From: Elusimicrobia bacterium GWA2_61_42
GTDB lineage: Bacteria; Elusimicrobiota; Elusimicrobia; Elusimicrobiales; UBA9959
Direction: 5' to 3'
Length of the DNA stretch: 64,000 bases
NCBI GenBank assembly: GCA_001799615.1
Contig: MGTU01000023.1
Span: 2,020 to 66,019 of the forward strand
The notes under the pieces are model-generated. The model saw only the letters and a program-made list of their open reading frames with translations. It was not told the DNA's origin and made no database searches. Below are positions 61,886 to 64,000 of this stretch, piece by piece. Each line of letters opens with the position of its first letter. Position 1 is the first letter of the stretch. Made by a program: the position numbers and the translations under genes.

Positions 61886-63321
61886 TGAAGGTTCACTCCT
61901 AAAGAGTTGGTGAGGAGTTCCGCGTAAGCAGACGGGTAGTAGATCAGCGCTCCGAGGGCCAGCCCGATCAGGGCGAGGGCCATGACGCTGGCTACCATCG
62001 TGAAAGAGCCTTCTTTCGGGTTATTGTGCCCGGCCGGTTCGCCCAGGAAGATCTTGTAGAACAGGCGCACCAGGTAGAGCAGGGTCATCACGGCGCCGGC
62101 CAGGAACATCAGCAGCACCGTCAGGTTGCCGTTCTGGGCGGCCCCGGAGAACACCAGGAACTTGCTGAAGAAGCCGCCGAAAGGAGGAATGCCCATGACG
62201 GAGAGGGAGCAGAGCGCGAAGGCGACCCCGGTGACCGGCATGGAGGAGAACAGCCCGCCCATCTTGTTGATGTCCTTGGTATGGGCGTTCTGCTCTATGA
62301 TGCCCGCGCACAGGAACAGGCCGCCTTTGGCGACGCTGTGCATCAGGATGTAGAGGATAGCGCCGATGAAGGCGGTCTTGTTGCCCGAGGCCAGCCCCAG
62401 GAAGATGAACGCCAGCTGGCTTATCGTGGAGTAGGCGATAATCCGCTTTATGTCCGTGTCGATGAGGGCCGCGCCGGCCGAGACCAGCGCGCTGGCGCCG
62501 GCTATGTACAGCACGGCGTTGGAGAAAGCGTCGGGGGCCGCGAAGGTGACGCCGAAGATGCGGGCGTAAGCGTACACGCCGATCTTGACCAGCACGGCGG
62601 CGTGCAGCAGGGAAGTTACGGTGGAGGGCGCGACGCCGGCGTCAGGCAGCCAGGTGGAGAAGGGCAGCGTGGCCGACTTCGAAAGGATGCCCACCAGGAT
62701 GAAGGCGGCGGCCGCGTAGGAGATGGCCTGGCCGTGCAGCATGCGCAGGTCGAGCGTGCCGTAGTCGAAGTAGACTATGATGATGCCGATGAGCATGCAC
62801 AGCGCGCCGAAAACGGTGACCAGGATGGTCTTGTTGGCCTTGGCCACGTCGCGGTCGGAGCGGAAGAAGCCTACCAGCCGCCAGCTGGCGAAGCCCGTCA
62901 TTTCCCAGAACACGTACATCCACATCAAATTGGCGGAGAACACGAGGCCCATCATCGAGCCCAGGAAGAGCACCACCATGAGGTAGTACTCGGTCTGGTT
63001 CTCGTAGTGGGAGATATAGTCCACGGAGTAGATCAGGATGATCATACTGACGAAGGCGGACACGGAGGCCATGAAGACCGAGAGCAGGTCCGCGTGGAGT
63101 ATCAGGTCGAAGCCGCGCGGGAAGCTCAGGCCCCAGGACGCGGTTTGCCCCCCCAGCACCGTGCTGAAGAGCGAAGCCGCCGCCAGGAAGGTGAACAGGC
63201 CCAGGAGCACGGCGAAGGCGTTCCGGGCGGTGGTAGAGACCCGGGCGGCGATAGGTATTAAAAAAGCGCCGAGAACCGGTACCGCGACTGCCAGTATGAG
63301 CATTTTAACAGGTAGATCCAT
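61882..63321 (-). CDS. Antiporter-like subunit (NuoM/MrpD family)
   Basis: 479-aa polytopic ORF. LPFSTWLPDAGVAPSTVTSLLHAA and ILMHSVAKGGLFL blocks. First gene of the cluster. Confidence 0.85.
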   Translation of the reverse strand: MDLPVKMLILAVAVPVLGAFLIPIAARVSTTARNAFAVLLGLFTFLAAASLFSTVLGGQTASWGLSFPRGFDLILHADLLSVFMASVSAFVSMIILIYSVDYISHYENQTEYYLMVVLFLGSMMGLVFSANLMWMYVFWEMTGFASWRLVGFFRSDRDVAKANKTILVTVFGALCMLIGIIIVYFDYGTLDLRMLHGQAISYAAAAFILVGILSKSATLPFSTWLPDAGVAPSTVTSLLHAAVLVKIGVYAYARIFGVTFAAPDAFSNAVLYIAGASALVSAGAALIDTDIKRIIAYSTISQLAFIFLGLASGNKTAFIGAILYILMHSVAKGGLFLCAGIIEQNAHTKDINKMGGLFSSMPVTGVAFALCSLSVMGIPPFGGFFSKFLVFSGAAQNGNLTVLLMFLAGAVMTLLYLVRLFYKIFLGEPAGHNNPKEGSFTMVASVMALALIGLALGALIYYPSAYAELLTNSLGVNLQ

Positions 63322-63457
63322 ATGTTTTCCTTATAACTATTGTACAAAAAACGGAAAATAAGCCGGTTTTAAAAACATTAATAACCGTATAAGCGCGGCT
63401 AATACGGCGCGGTCCGCAAGGCGGGGGCTGCTTTTCCCGGCCCCGCGGCCCGCCCCC

Positions 63458-64000
63458 TTACAGCGGGATGTTGCCGGTGTGCGCGTGTTCCCCGGGGCGG
63501 CGCTTTTTGGCCAGTATGCCGAAGGCGCCGATAAGCCGGGCGCGGGCCTGGGACGGCTCGAGCACTTCATCGAGAGAGCCGGTGGACGCGGTCTGGTAAG
63601 GCGAGGCGAACTTGTCGGAATATTCCTTGGCGAGTTTGGCGCGCAAAGCTTCCCGGTCCTCTTCCTTGGTCTCCTTGATCTGGCGCGAGTAGAGGATCTC
63701 GACCGCGCCGCGCGGGCCCATCACGGCTATTTCCGCGGAGGGCAGCGAGAAGTTGATGTCCCCGCCCATCAGCTTGGAGCTCATGGCGATGTAGGCGCCG
63801 CCGTAGGCCTTGCGCAGCACCAGCGTCACCTTGGGGACGGTAGCCTCGGAGTAGGCGTACAGGAGCTTGGCGCCGTGGCGGATGATGCCGCCGTGTTCCT
63901 GGGCCACGCCGGGCCAATAGCCGGGCACGTCCACCAGGGTAAGGATGGGGATGTTGAAGTTGTTGAGGAAGCGGATGAAGCGCGCGGCCTTGTCCGAGCC
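63458..64000 (-). CDS. Acyl-CoA carboxyltransferase beta subunit (propionyl-CoA carboxylase / methylmalonyl-CoA decarboxylase type), C-terminal part; 5' end beyond window
   Basis: The frame stays open to the window edge. Hand translation gives GSDKAARFIRFLNNFNIPILTLVDVPGYWPGVAQEHGGIIRHGAKLLYAY..AYGGAYIAMSS, classic carboxyltransferase blocks. The M at 63934 in the track is an internal GTG (Val). Confidence 0.8.
   Translation of the reverse strand, partial: GSDKAARFIRFLNNFNIPILTLVDVPGYWPGVAQEHGGIIRHGAKLLYAYSEATVPKVTLVLRKAYGGAYIAMSSKLMGGDINFSLPSAEIAVMGPRGAVEILYSRQIKETKEEDREALRAKLAKEYSDKFASPYQTASTGSLDEVLEPSQARARLIGAFGILAKKRRPGEHAHTGNIPL

Overview
This is a GC-rich, gene-dense bacterial chromosomal segment with a strong G/C bias at third codon positions. 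It holds about 60 protein genes and one tRNA. I saw no rRNA, CRISPR array, transposase or integrase. Most genes lie on the minus strand in tight operons, many with 4-nt start/stop overlaps. Lnt, a SurA-like PPIase and a PorV-like outer-membrane protein indicate a diderm organism.

Recognisable blocks:
- 1-9098: a MoxR/DUF58/VWA/TPR Bat-type (aerotolerance-like) operon, extended upstream by an Ntn amidotransferase and a HEAT-repeat protein.
- 9198-12004: an RDD protein, a DksA/TraR zinc-finger protein and a speH-speE polyamine operon.
- 12076-19399: a PorV-like outer-membrane protein, a 1899-aa Kelch/FN3 surface protein with a sorting-type C-terminal domain, and a membrane-anchored CBM48-like protein.
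- 19456-19741: tRNA-Gly(CCC) followed by two about 106-bp tandem repeats, each re-using the tRNA 3' end.
- 19844-32646: housekeeping genes (folE, cca, acyl-CoA ligase, MFS transporter, lnt, methyltransferases, OPT transporter, PepT-like peptidase).
- 32769-42399: mixed small units (retropepsin-like protease, PAP2 phosphatase, RNase R, cupin, dtd, stand-alone RAM domain, DUF192, choice-of-anchor-D-like protein).
- 42516-51680: a plus-strand eight-gene island of mostly unassignable proteins.
- 51697-53638: a SurA-like PPIase and an MscS channel.
- 53948-63321: an 11-gene complex-I-like group 4 [NiFe] hydrogenase.
- 63458-64000: a truncated acyl-CoA carboxyltransferase.

The best candidate for an undescribed system is the 42516-51680 island. 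It combines a GlmL/EutA-like double-ASKHA ATPase, a barrel-sandwich protein, a GT-C-like membrane protein and four tightly coupled membrane proteins with no motif I recognise.

Other signals worth a second look:
- two copies of an about 135-bp hairpin element with compensatory stem changes (24447-24586 and 53730-53863);
- the tRNA-linked repeats;
- a 319-bp structured intergenic region (31488-31806);
- a recurring TATAAT-N6-8-ATG arrangement that suggests widespread leaderless transcription.

All functional calls rest on motifs read by eye. No database search was run.
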